NCBI RefSeq assembly: GCF_001194135.2
Contig: NC_068982.1
Location: 181,990,623-182,049,789, forward strand
DNA length: 59,167 nt
Source of the DNA: Octopus bimaculoides
Lineage: Eukaryota
Direction: 5' to 3'
Made by a program: the position numbers and the translations under genes. Numbering within the stretch: the stretch's first letter is position 1; each line of letters opens with the position of its first letter. Positions 38,280-50,864 of the stretch are shown here, in pieces. Under the pieces are notes generated by a model. The model did not search any database. It saw only the letters and a program-made list of their open reading frames with translations, and was not told the DNA's origin.

Positions 38280-38515
38280 TTTAGGGTGTGGCAGTCATAG
38301 TCGCAAGATCGTGGTTTCGATTCTCAAGCCGGCGGTGCATTGCGCTGTTAATAAAAATACTTCCTTTAAAACACGCTGAGGTCGACTCCACCGGGATTGA
38401 CTGTGCCTTTCATTGTTTCAAGATCGATAAGTAGCAGCTGAGTACTTGACTCAATGTCATCGACTTATCCCCATCCCCCGGAATTGCTGACCTTGCACCA
38501 TAATTTGAAATCAAT
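38280..38515 (+). mobile_element. Mosaic SINE: family-C-like tRNA head with family-B-like core and tail
   Basis: Head GATCGTGGTTTCGATTCTCAAGCCGGCG resembles 49670-49700. Core and tail GCCTTTCAT..GATCGATAAGTA..CGACTTATCCCC..GCTGACCTTG..AATTTGAAA resemble 37605-37787. Confidence 0.65.
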
Positions 38516-39415
38516 ATTTTCATTCGTATTCATTATACTCTGGACCGTCATTTCTTGCGTGAAATGTGGTAATAGAATATATGCTGTCGCACGTTTGACA
38601 TCTATGGTTTGCTGATTTATTCACCAGCTTTGTTTTAAAAAATCTTCTTTTTAGGCTGTCATAATCTAATCATTAGAAGATTGCTGAGTTCTAGATTCAT
38701 AAAACATGTATTTACTTATTCATACGATTGTAGCAATAGTTTGGCTAGCCTGGTGAGCACTGTTTAAATGGTTTTGTTATTTCTTATTCAATGTGTTTTT
38801 GATAATTTCAGCCAAATTTCATGTTCATATTCACACATAAACCTGCTGGTAAACTATGGTAACTATTCCTAGCAGACAGTCGGTTTTTCTGGAGAAAAAT
38901 ATGTGGAGTCATTTTCTGAGATAGCCCTATCTCGAGACCATCACCATTGAATCTATGCTTTTGATAATTTTGGATTTCTCCTGATGTAAGTAGAGTTTAA
39001 CATATTCATATCAAACATTTTTCACCTTTTAAATCTTTCCTCAACTACGTCATGACCTTTACTGTCTGTTCTCCATCTCTTTCAGACAACTATTACTTTA
39101 GCATGTATAGTTTTTTTATCTTTTCTTTTCTTTTGTTCAGAATTAGTCTGCTGATGGCTGAGTTTCTTGCTGAACGTATAAACAATATGTTGGTTTACGT
39201 TTTATAAATATTGGCAAACAGCTGATAGTCCTCCGTAGTTCAAATATCGTATTTCAGGTTTTGCAAACAATTGACTAATTTTCATTGCTTTGCATCTAAT
39301 ATTCGACTGTGGTATCCTTAATACATGGTTTGACAATTCTGAAAAAGGGAGGATTAACAGGTGTTTATCTAGTGTATTATGGTTCATTAATATTTCGTAA
39401 ATATACCCTCCTTAC

Positions 39416-39559
39416 ATCGTTATTCACTGCCAACATCATCTTCATTTAACTCTTGATTTGCTGCTAGTGAAACATGGTCTGTCTTACTGCCGTTGGTTAG
39501 GAACGAATTAATCTTCTCTTGAGACATTGCTTTAAGCATTCCATTAAAATGTTTATATA
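39416..39559 (-). CDS. Candidate terminal coding exon of an unidentified gene (YKHFNGMLKAMSQEKINSFLTNGSKTDHVSLAANQELNEDDVGSE*)
   Basis: CTACAG acceptor, an open frame to TAA at 39422-39420, then a GTAAGG donor and a 77-nt intron ending TTAATCCTCCCTTTTTCAG at 39339. No homology recognised. Confidence 0.3.
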
Positions 39560-42154
39560 CTGTAGTGTACTTCATCATGTTACATATATGGATAGAACAT
39601 ATGTATTACAGGGAGGGTCAGCGTAACTATGAGATACTATCTGGTGCATTGTCTTACATTTAAATAGTTTAGTCCAGCATAGAGTCATTCCTAGTATATT
39701 ATATTCCATCTAAAGTGTCACGCCATGCATCATTTCTGTTATTTTCTTCAATTATATATATCGTTGTTTAGTTTATAAGTGCAGAGAAGAGTACTTTACA
39801 GTTCAAATTATTCTACTAATATCTCATTGCTTATATATTCCAATGCTGAGTTCTTCGCCGGTTTTGTAGGCGTTGTATTCCTGCTGTAGTGAATCCAGAT
39901 TTGAAACAAATATTGAATGTGGTCAGCGTTAAACCTGCTATAAAAATATCCTAGTGATTTTCACAGTAATGTTTGAGACGGAAGTTTCTCGACTCAAGAT
40001 AATTAGTCAACAAGGTGTATTGGTATATTCACACCCACTTCCCATATACATGTACGCATGCATATATATTTTTACGTAAGCATGTATATGTAGGCGGGTA
40101 CATTTTATGACATAGAATATGTAACAAAATAATGTAGATTATGTGTGCCTTGGAAGAAATTAAATAAATCATACATTGAAGCATATTGCGACATGCATCA
40201 GATGACTTCCGTCTGCTTCAAGTTGTGGTTGTTGTGCAAGATTATTATGTATATTTAATGTTCGTGAATTGCATAGAAAAGAAAAACAACGGTGACATAA
40301 ATCACTATGGTAACTAATTATAACCTATCTAAGGATCTAACAAAATGGACGAAACAATTACAAAATGTCAAGAATAGAAATTTTGTTGTCGCAATTACGC
40401 CATGGTAATACCTGCTAATTGAAAGACATTTTAGTTACAGTCTTGTTCTGTATCCATTTAGATTCAGTAGGAGTGCAACCACAAAGAAATGCGTATTGTA
40501 TATTCTGAGATGATTACATGTGTCTTTCTTTGTATCCATACCGTGCAAATAGAATAATATCGACTAATAACGTCGTTTTACACACCTTCATGCGAGGCGA
40601 TTGTGACCGTATCATTATCGTTACATTTGAAATGCATTTTTTCTTATGCCGCATATATTCCTCTCCTATTGACTAATTGTTCTTGAAATGTAACTGCTAC
40701 TTACGATACAGACAATAGCAGAGATATGATACACAGTAATGGAGACTACTCCAAAGTAACAAAATGCTCAATAAATTTTTGCAGTAAAACTTGTATTCAA
40801 CAAATTGCCATTACATGAAATAGATATTGTCTTTTATACCATACTTATTGTAAATTACAAAGGACCACCGATGTTTTATGGCGATGGTTGCTGATGTTTG
40901 GCGTCATATATTGCAGGTTCTGTGCAGAAGAGAAAATACTAGTACATTATTTACATGCTCGCAATTTCACCTAGACAGATCAACGAAACGACTACTATTA
41001 ACTGTTCCTTTTAAAACTTCTTCTCGACAGACTGAATCAGATTCAAATGTTAGCCTGTTTTAAATATGTCAGGTCAGAAGTCAGGTTGCTAATTGATCCT
41101 GGAACGTACAACATAGGATTGAAGCTTGATAAGTATCAGGTTTTCAGACAATTTATATGGCAGACATGGCTGAGCGATCAACAGAGAAGTTTTTCCATAC
41201 GCTTGATATCTGCTCAGTTTAAAATTAGAGATAATTCTGTTTTTTTTTATGTATGTCTTTTTTTTAATTCACTGCTACTCCAAGAAAATTCTGTCAAATT
41301 GCATTTGTCCAACACCTGAAGAAATGTTATCCATTTTAAATATACAAAGTGCATGTTCTCTTCTTTGAAAGGTACGCAATCTATTGGCTTTACTAATCCA
41401 GATGATGCTGATGTTGACTTTAAAATATTCCCAGAGGAATGGCTGATTCATTCTCATTCTTTTCTTTGTGTAATTGATTTTTCAACATTGGGAATTATCA
41501 TTCGGTAGTAGATTTCCAAATGAGCACGAGATATTTTCAACACTTTCTCTTTCTTTGGAGATTGTGATATACAGTTACTGTGTTGCTGTTGATGGGTCGT
41601 TTCAATTTTTTTCTTAAGAGTAAACGACATTTTCTATTTTGCATTACGCTGCTTACTACTACGATGTACGTAACTTCATTAGTAATTTACTTACAGGAAA
41701 GATATAAACTTCTAACGTACTTTGATGGTACATTCTGCAAATGAGGTGGATTCATAAAAGTACTGTTATATTCTATAAAGTTTCATTCATAGGGAATTTC
41801 TTGCGGGAAGCTTTATGTACATGTTGGGCAAATTGTCCTTCTATGAAATGCACAAGCTTTTTCTTTTTCATAGCACTTCAGAATCCAAACCTGTTCTACT
41901 TACCAAACATGAATTTTCTGTGCAACGTTAATGTGGACATGATGGTTGCAATATTGAGAGTAATACAAATGCGATGTTATGGCATCATTGTCGGCGCTTA
42001 AATTATTTTCTTCATAATATGATCATTTGTATTGCCTAGATTCGAGGGGTTTTAATTGATGGCATCGGGAATCGGACTGAACTTACTCTTTTAACACCAT
42101 GCGTTTACCACTGTCGACTGCTTGTTACCAAAATATAACGAAATGCTAGCTCTG

Positions 42155-42960
42155 CACCACGACCAAAATACTCAACAGTGTAATGACGATATCTTTTTGA
42201 CCAAACGTTGCTCTGGTCAGCTGGCTCAACAAGTCAAGCGGTTACGCTTTCGAATGTGACGAAGAAAATTAGATTATTACTTACTCATAGATTATTACTT
42301 ACTCATAGATTATTACTTACTACAATTAGATTATTACTTACTCATAGATTATTACTTACTACAATTAGATTATTACTCTGTTGCAAGCAAGATTTAAACA
42401 GTTTGTCACAAAAATGCACTTGAAATATAGATAATAATATATTTTTCTTTCATGGTAGAAGTAGTCTTCGCAGGGTGTACCAAGAAATAATTTATGTGCT
42501 TTGATCACATATGGAAGACTTATTCTCTTGATGTGCAGCAATGAAAAATAGCTCCTTAGTAGATAGTTGGTTATCTGAAATTAACCAACAGAACAAGTAC
42601 TCATCGCAGGTATCAGCAACGATAGAGTGTAATGCTGAATAGTGACTATCCAGTCGAGGTGAGAAGCACTCCAAACGATTAAAGTCACTTCATCAAGATT
42701 TGTACGTCACTGACCTAACAGATAATTCAAAATATGTCCTTTCTCAGATAGCACTTAGATAAGAGTTTTTCTCCTACTGTCCTCGGATTCCCTTTACTAA
42801 ACCCATAACCAATTAGTTCAGAAACCACCACGACCAAAATACTCAACCATGTAATGAGAAGATCCTTCTGACCAAATGTTGCTCTGGTCAGCTGGCTCTA
42901 CAAGTCACGCGGTTCCGCTTTCGAATCTGGCGAAGAAAATTAGATTATTACTTACTCATA
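42155..42960. repeat. ~135-bp direct duplication (42155-42289 and 42826-42960)
   Basis: CACCACGACCAAAATACTCAAC..GTTGCTCTGGTCAGCTGGCTC..CGCTTTCGAAT..CGAAGAAAATTAGATTATTACTTACTCATA; offset 671. Confidence 0.93.
42271..42378. repeat. 18/21-bp minisatellite (AGATTATTACTTACTCAT and AGATTATTACTTACTACAATT), about 5.5 copies
   Basis: Units start at 42271, 42289, 42307, 42328, 42346 and 42367. Confidence 0.95.
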
Positions 42961-44769
42961 TCACTCACTGTTACATCTAAACTGCAGGAGAAATATCTGC
43001 TATGGTAATGCATAAAAACTATGTGGAAAAGTGTTACCAGAATGTTTGATTGATTGTTTGAAATAATTAACTGATATTTAGTGTATTAACTTGGAATGCA
43101 TATGAGGAATTAACTGCAGTGTGTCTATACTTATATATTAATTGCTTGGAGATGCTTCATTTTGGAATTCATTTGTCGAATGTAATAAATCTTATTTTAT
43201 CAATATGAAACTAGTAGGTTTGGTGCTTCATCATGGGATTTGAAAATAAAATATTGTGTTATGGGTTTTAAAGTATATTTACTTTGAAAGTATACAGCTT
43301 TCAGTCCGTTTTTAAATTGTTGCACTTCTTTCCTGCTATGTTTTGATGAAAAATATTTCGGTTTTCCGACATTACTTATAGCTGCTGTGTTCGACATAAT
43401 ATTAGACTTCTAACTGTATCTGATTAGTCGTAAGCGCTATTGGTTGTTTGTATTTCTCATATCACGATAATTAATTTTCTTTTGAAGCTATTAGTATTTA
43501 TTTTCTAAATTTTGTAATTATAATCAAGAAAATTTCCTCCTTTAACATGTGTAACAATGCCTCCGTTACTTTACATTATCGTCTATAAATTTATATTAGT
43601 CTTTTATCATTAGACAATACATTATCAAACAAGGGAAGCGTATAAACATTCAGGGGTTGTTGATGATCACAGAAACTCATCTAAGTTTTAGAAACTTAGT
43701 TTGCGTAATGTTTAACTCTTGGTGCGTATCTCTACTTCGTATAGTGTAACAGCTGCAAAATCAAAACTAGGTAAAGTATTCGGTTTTACTTTATGCGTAA
43801 AGTATTTTACCCATATTAAAGACACCACAAAATCTGTTGCGAAGCAGTTTTAAAATGTATCATTTCAAACCGCCAAGCTTTGCACATAATAACACATCCA
43901 AATCTCGACACGAAGTAATCCATTAACCCACATTCTATTCCAAGTAACTACGATTCTAGGAAATTGGTAAATGCTTCTGAATGAATACTGAGTGATCGTA
44001 TCATGCACAAAGAATTAATTTCTCTAATATATATATCTGAAAATTTTCAGACCAATTTCAAGCAGTTGTTTTTAAATAGCCTCAGAACTAAATACATTTT
44101 ACTCTCCAGTTGAATCTCAGAAAGTAAAAGGAAATGATCAGCACAGATTGAAATCGACTATACTCTAAAGAACCAACTGTTATATCATAATCTATATAAA
44201 CTTTATAAGTTACGGTCCAATACGAAATTAAGAAAAAAACACTTCCCAATAAAACTCAGATCCAAGGAAGATAATTTTACTGTCAGTCCACCCACAACGT
44301 AACAAAATATTATCAAAAACTGTACATAAAGTCAAATGGTAATCAGCCTATTTTCTATACGTATCTTCATTTTAATCTGTATATCCTCTAAAAAGTACGA
44401 AATGATATCATATTTACGCCTACTTCATATTGTCATGCAAACATTTGGCAAAATGGAAAGAGTGAAAGAGAGAGAGAGAGAGGGGGGAGGGAGTAAGAGG
44501 CAGAAGGGAGAGATTGAGAGAGCAACAATTAGTTAAACATTCGAATTTATACTTGGATATATTTTGATTTTGAGCTAGTGTGTGTGAAGGTATGCTCTTA
44601 CAATATATGGATACGTGTGTACTGTGTGGGGTGAATTTTATTTTTTATAATCGCAAATTTCCTATAATTACACATTGCATAATCTTGGTATATTTCTTGC
44701 TTACTACTGTAAGTAGACTTCGCACACACAAACACCTGCACAATGCATATATTCAAATGCATCTGAATA

Positions 44770-44897
<128 letters not shown>

Positions 44898-46530
44898 TTG
44901 GTGCGTATTATTGAAGAATGCTTGAATATACATAGCTTATCAAATCCCAAATCACACATTTAATTAAGCCACTAATAAACTTAAAACTACATGTCCAAAA
45001 ATATTAAAAGGTTAGGTCTATAACTAGTGTTCAAGAAAATATAAAAATACACGTCCATAAACTTGAAAATCTATGCAATTTGATGGGGGGCGGATCATGG
45101 CGTAACCTATATTACCACTACAAAATCAATCCTTATAGAATACTTTTTGCCAGAATTCTAATGAACAATGACTGATTTTAATATATTATTTACTAGTATC
45201 ACATTCGTGTGCGTATGTTAGCATGAATGTATCTGCAAATAATGAATGTAATTTTATAGCTCCCTTCGCCCTTACACAAATAAACTGATCGACTATTCTT
45301 TACATGTACAAAGCCAATGTGTATGCATGAATCAAATGGTGTATTAAATACGCACACCATTTCGTTTCACATTGAACATATCCCATTGAACTTTAAACCT
45401 TAGCTTATTGATTGTAATTTTGTTTCTTTTGTATCTACTATCTCGGATTTATTCTATTCTTTGACCAATGCTGATAAATATGTCGCTAATACGCCCACCA
45501 CTGGACTTGGACAACCAACCAAAATATCAGATACTTTTAATTAGAATCATACATGTTCAAGCAATAACAGCATATGACCTCCTTATACTAACCCCGACTC
45601 TAAATAGTAATGTTTGTACAGTTATCTTGTTTTCTTCAGATACTAGATATAACGATATAAACACAACGCTGAATAGAATAACCCAATGTCTAACTAAGTA
45701 TATGGTAAGTCATTCTTCAAACAATACAATAATAACCTTACTGTATCCTTTCTAAATTATTCTCGTTTCATTTCTAGTTCTTTATAAAATGTCCTCTTCA
45801 ATAAATCTATTTACCTCTCCCGTCTCTCTACAAAAATACAATCAAAACAGTCTTCCCTTTTAAAATAGTTTACCACTCGCTTAACCTATTTTATCTTTAA
45901 CCAGCTGTAAGGATCTACTTTCTTCTGCTTTTCCCAACACACGTACTTTACCACCCAACCTACTGCACTGATTTCAGTTCGATAACATGTTCTTCACACA
46001 TTCAGTTAATTATATTCAAGTATTTTAAAACAATTATCCTATTATTTCATTGTTCAGATACTTTTAAAAGAATCTCTTTTATTTAAAGCTAATTATTGTT
46101 TCATTAGACTGTCTTTTGTCATCGCCTCAAAATACAACAATCCTTAATTTTATTCTTGCCTATATGTATAACCTAATTACTTAAGCAGTTTAAAAATTAA
46201 TAATCTTGTTTAATACAATAAAATGTTATATACACTACCTTATTGGAATCTAGGTATTCGTTTCATCCCATACAGTTAGGTATTCGTTCATTTGATTATG
46301 TATGATTACTTTTATTAACGTTCTTCTTTAAGAGTTCCAAATAACCTTAAATTCCTTATCAGATAGGTATGGCCTAAATACACTGTTCATTCATTAATGC
46401 CACCTTTATTTAACCCCAGCTTTCATTTTTTTTAAATTCCATAAAACACACAGCCTCATTCATTTTATTAATGCAAGGTTAATCTCCCTTATATTATTAT
46501 ATTTTTCATCCAATATTTTCAAACTTTTAA

Positions 46531-46745
46531 GGCGGTGAGGTGGCAGAAACGTTAGCACGCCGGGCGAAATACTTTGCAGCATTACGTCTGCTTTTATGTT
46601 CTGAATTCAAATTCCGCCGAGGTCGACTTTTTCTTTCATCCTTTTGCATCGATAAATAAAGTACCAGTTGCGTACCGGTGTCGAACTAATCGACTGGCCT
46701 CTTCCAAAAAAATTTCGGGCCTTGTGCGTAGAGTAGAAAAGAATT
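46531..46745 (+). mobile_element. SINE family B, first of a tandem trio
   Basis: GGCGGTGAGGTGGCAGAAACGTTAGCACGCCGGGCGAAAT..TTCTGAATTCAAATTCCGCCGAGGTCGACTTT..TCGATAAATAAAGTACCAGTT. Confidence 0.9.
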
Positions 46746-46757
46746 TATGAAGACATC

Positions 46758-46984
46758 GAGCTGGCAGAAACGTTAGCACGCCGGGGGAAATACTTAGCGG
46801 TATTTCGTCTGCCGTTACGTTCTGAGTTCAAATTCCGCCGAGGTTGACTTTGCCTTCCATCCTTTCGGGGTCGATAAATTAAGTACCAGTTATGCACTGG
46901 GATCGATGTAATCGACTTAATCCGTTTGTCTGTTCTTGTTTGTCCCTTCTATGTTTAACCCCTTGTGGACAATAAAGAAATAAG
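46758..46984 (+). mobile_element. SINE family B, second of the trio, with an alternative 3' tail
   Basis: Same head and core; the tail is ATCCGTTTGTCTGTTCTTG..CCCCTTGTGGACAATAAAGAAATAAG. Confidence 0.9.
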
Positions 46985-47183
46985 AAACGTTAGCACGCCG
47001 GGTGAGATTGTTATCGGTATTTCGTCTCTCTTTACGTCCTGAGTTCAATTTCCACCGATGTCGACTTTGCCTTTCATCATTTTAGGTTCGATATATTAAG
47101 TACCAGTTGCATACCAGGCTCGATCTAATCGACTGGCCACCTCCCCAAAAATTTCGGGCCTTGTATCTACTGTAGAAAGAAAT
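46985..47183 (+). mobile_element. SINE family B, third of the trio, headless and fused to the second
   Basis: Starts at AAACGTTAGCACGCCGGG; tail CCCCAAAAATTTCGGGCCTTGT..GTAGAAAG as in the first copy. Confidence 0.9.
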
Positions 47184-47816
47184 ATTTTTCTAGCGTTTAA
47201 ATCGCTAGTTGTACTTTTTACAATAACTCCAATGTTGCCATGTATTATTTCTAAATTCTGTTCTATTTCATATTTACATATATTGTGTGTGGCAAACGAC
47301 TTTCTTCCTTAATGCTTTGCATATTCTTAGGAACCCTGTACAATATACACACCTCACTTGTTTTCTTCGTGACATAAATTATTGAGATTTAGATGATTAT
47401 GGTATATTTTTCATATGATAATTTAATGTATATGATATTATTTCTTTAATAAACTCTCATTTTGATAAGTTTCTTTTAACATCTGAAACAAAGAAGATTT
47501 AAATGATGGCGATCATTTAAAGATAGATTCTCTGCATTTTATACACTATATATAGTTTGTTTATTCATTGCAGCTCACTGCGTTCCATTGAAATTGCTGA
47601 CCTCAACCGTAATCGGAACAGGAACTGATAGTATTGTTAGTGCATCGGTTAAAATACATTTTTGTAATTCTTCATATGCTTTCTGTTGAGAGTTCAAAAT
47701 ATGTCGCTATGAGTAGAGCAACGGATTCGGCCAATTTTGAAATTAATTGTAGAGAAACAGAGAATATCGTTTATATTGTGTATCACTCGCTAAAAAGACG
47801 AAATGTTAAAAAATCT

Positions 47817-47819
<3 letters not shown>

Positions 47820-47880
<61 letters not shown>

Positions 47881-47886
47881 TCTCTC
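47820..47886. repeat. (TC)n microsatellite
   Basis: Direct reading. Confidence 0.97.
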
Positions 47887-48519
47887 CACCATCGCTAAAA
47901 GGGGACGTAACTCATGTTTTCAAATGCTGGTGTATTTCTCCGACTTGAAAATTGTTAGAAATTATGGTTTAAAATTATTTTTAATGCAAAAATTTACCTC
48001 TTAGGAAGCAAAAAAAAAAACAAAAAACAATAATAATAAATGGTCGATTCCGGGCATTTTCGTCCATGAGGAATCCATTGGATCGACTCCCAGATTGCTA
48101 TCTTGTAAGGTGTGGATTTCTATAGATGCAACACGCGCACACACTCACAAACTCAGCTTTACAATATGTACTGGTATGCACCTACTGAATGATATGTAAA
48201 AACTGGTATTTGAACAATGGAGTTATTTGATGCTATATTTTGCTATATAACTTAACTGTTTAATTTTTCAGGCAACACTTTATGTTACAAGATATGTAAA
48301 CATGTTTATATGAAACATGCTTGCGAGGAAAAAATGCATGAATAACTGTGCAACCTACTTAACTAGCCACGAACACACTGCGTTAAGCACCCACTGAATT
48401 TAGTGAATAAATGCATTGAATTGACACATTACATAGTAACATTTTCTTCGTAATTCTTCTGAATTTTAATTTAGTGATGTGCTAACAGTGTTTCGTTTCG
48501 TATTATAGAATATAATTTC

Positions 48520-48710
48520 GTGAAAGTGGTGCGGGCGAAATGCTTAATGGTATTTCGTCTATCTTTTCGTTCTGACTTCAAATTCCTCCGAGGTCAACTT
48601 TGCTTTTCATCCTTTCGGGGTCGATAAATTAAGTACTCTTTGAGTACTGGGGTCGATCGGACGAACTGGCTTCTCCACAAATATTTCGGGGCTTGTGCCT
48701 ACAGTAGAAA
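48520..48710 (+). mobile_element. 5'-truncated SINE family B with a 13-bp target-site duplication
   Basis: Core CTTTTCATCCTTTCGGGGTCGATAAATTAAGTAC; flanked by AGAATATAATTTC at 48507-48519 and 48711-48723. Confidence 0.9.
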
Positions 48711-49622
48711 AGAATATAATTTCCATGCATAACATTATAATTTTATGCAATGACCAAGCCGTTATGAAACTCCGAATGTTGCTTTCTTTTTTCCCAATAG
48801 AAAACTGAAATCAAGAAAAGGCCATCGCATTCTACGCACCAGAGAAATAAAGCTAGGTAGCAAAGCTGTTAACGTAAATGTGACTGGTGCAAATGTTCTC
48901 TATGGAATATTACATAAATTGATAATTTACATTTTTTCCTCATGCAGTTGCATTTGAATTTTGAAATCTTTAATCGGACCTCATGTTTTACGATTTATAC
49001 TATTAAACGCACACACCTCGTGGTCCAAATGAATCTTGTCTCAATTTATGAGTGGAAGAAGACTTTGTTAGATTCCAGTGTCTTCATATATACGGTATGT
49101 AGGCTTGAACCCCGCTATATTTAATATTCATATTTTTAGATGTGTCTTGTAGATGAGGAATAACTCATAAAAGATGTTGTGTAAATTTGTATTCCTGGGT
49201 TAAAGTTTTTGTAATATCAGCAATGACATTCTCTTCGTATTTAAGGTCCCAATTGATTTCCTCACATAAATAATTGGTTGCTCTACACTTCTCATTCATT
49301 CTGCAACGATGACATCTGCCAGTAACATTAAAATTCTCTTAAGACACGAAAATACTATCGCTATATACTTATATACACGTCCAATGTAATGTACAGAATC
49401 GCTTCTTTCTGCATATCTCTGAATAAAATAACGTGAAGCTAGAGTTCAGTGTTGTTTGTAATGAAGAAACATATATCAAAATTCAATTCATTTGAAATTT
49501 AAGGGTAAGGTAACAGAATTCACGCATTCAAGATCGAAGAATTTCTATAGCATATGATAGTTGCATCGTGGTATCACTCGTTTATGACTGTGCTATTACT
49601 AACTGCATATATCCTGGATTGA

Positions 49623-49997
49623 GTTGAGGCGCAATAGTCCGGTGGTTAGGGCAGCGGACTGGCGGTCATAGGATCGCGGTTTCGATTCCCAGACCGGGCG
49701 TTGTGAGTGTTTATTGAGCGAAAACACCTTAAGCGCCACGATGTTCCGGCAGAGGATAGTGACGAACCTTGCTGTACTCTTCCACCACAACTTTCTCTCA
49801 CTCTTACTTCCTGTTTCTGTTGTGCCTGTAATTCAAAGGGTCAGCCTTGTCACACTGAATATCCCCGAGAACTACGTTAAGGGTACATATGACTGTGGAG
49901 TGCTCAGCCACTTGCACGTTAATTTCACGAGCAGGCTGTTCCGTTGATCGGATCAACTGGAACCCTCGACGTCGTAAGCGACTGAGTGCCAACAACA
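49623..49997 (+). mobile_element. tRNA-derived SINE family C, full length, (AAC)n tail, 14-bp target-site duplication
   Basis: Head GAGGCGCAATAGTCCGGTGGTTAGGGCAGCGG..GGTTTCGATTCCC; tail CCAACAACAA; TSD ATATCCTGGATTGA (49609-49622) and ATATCCTAGATTGA (49998-50011). Confidence 0.88.
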
Positions 49998-50864
49998 ATA
50001 TCCTAGATTGAATAGCGATTTCACCATTTCAATAGAAATTTTAGTCAGCATTTTTGTTTGGCAATTGTTTCCTTTATATTCATCAATGTTTACCCCACAG
50101 TAGTACTTCTACTTTGCTTTTATCGCTTTGCGTCATTAATAATATCAATAATTGCTTTCGCAACTTTTGTTACAAAAGTCTATAGAAGAGTGTCTTAAAG
50201 AATATATTATCTACAAAACAGACCTAATACCAAAAAGGGCAAAATCCAGAAACGAAAGAAAATATGGTGTAATCCATCTCAGTTTAAAGATTATATAAAC
50301 CTTTTTCAACGCTTTCCTAGAAATTAGAAATAAACATCTTCTCTTTGCCCATATATATCATTTCGAAATATGGTGCTGCTGTAGTAGTAAGACTTGTAGC
50401 GTAATATTCGCTGCGTCTGTAGCAGTGTATATGGAAGATATACTCACATGTATAAACACGCACATGTTTCTTCTTTATTTCATTATTTCATCATTATTAT
50501 CAACCCTCTCAGCACGGTATGTTTTCCTAAAGCATTAATTTATGAAACTACTGTCTCTATTCCAAACGCCAATTATATATGAGTGGTGAAAAAACTCACT
50601 CGGAAATAAAGCAAATATTTACTCTCCGAAACATTCCTCCCCATTTCACTCTCTGAATATATCTGGAGATTAAAATTGATTCGTTGAATATAGATAACGC
50701 TTTGTCTTACAATGTTGCTACTCATCACATTACAGCGGTTTTCTGATCATATTACTCCCCACTAGATTTTGAAAGATTGTAACTGGTGAATTCCTTAGAC
50801 ACCTCCTTTGATATCTCAATACCGCAAATAATTTTTTTTTAAAACTAACATCGAAAAATGTATT

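Noticed and set aside
38900-39180. Plus-strand exon set (donor at 38984, acceptors near 39085 and 39140)
   Set aside because: There are stops in all frames upstream of the donor, and it overlaps the expected 3' UTR of the minus-strand candidate. Kept only as possible antisense or non-coding splicing.
42840-42930. Conserved in-frame TGA on the plus strand (SF*PNVALVSWL in both duplicates) as selenocysteine
   Set aside because: I see no start codon, redox motif or SECIS. The apparent synonymy is explained by the antiparallel minus-strand frame.
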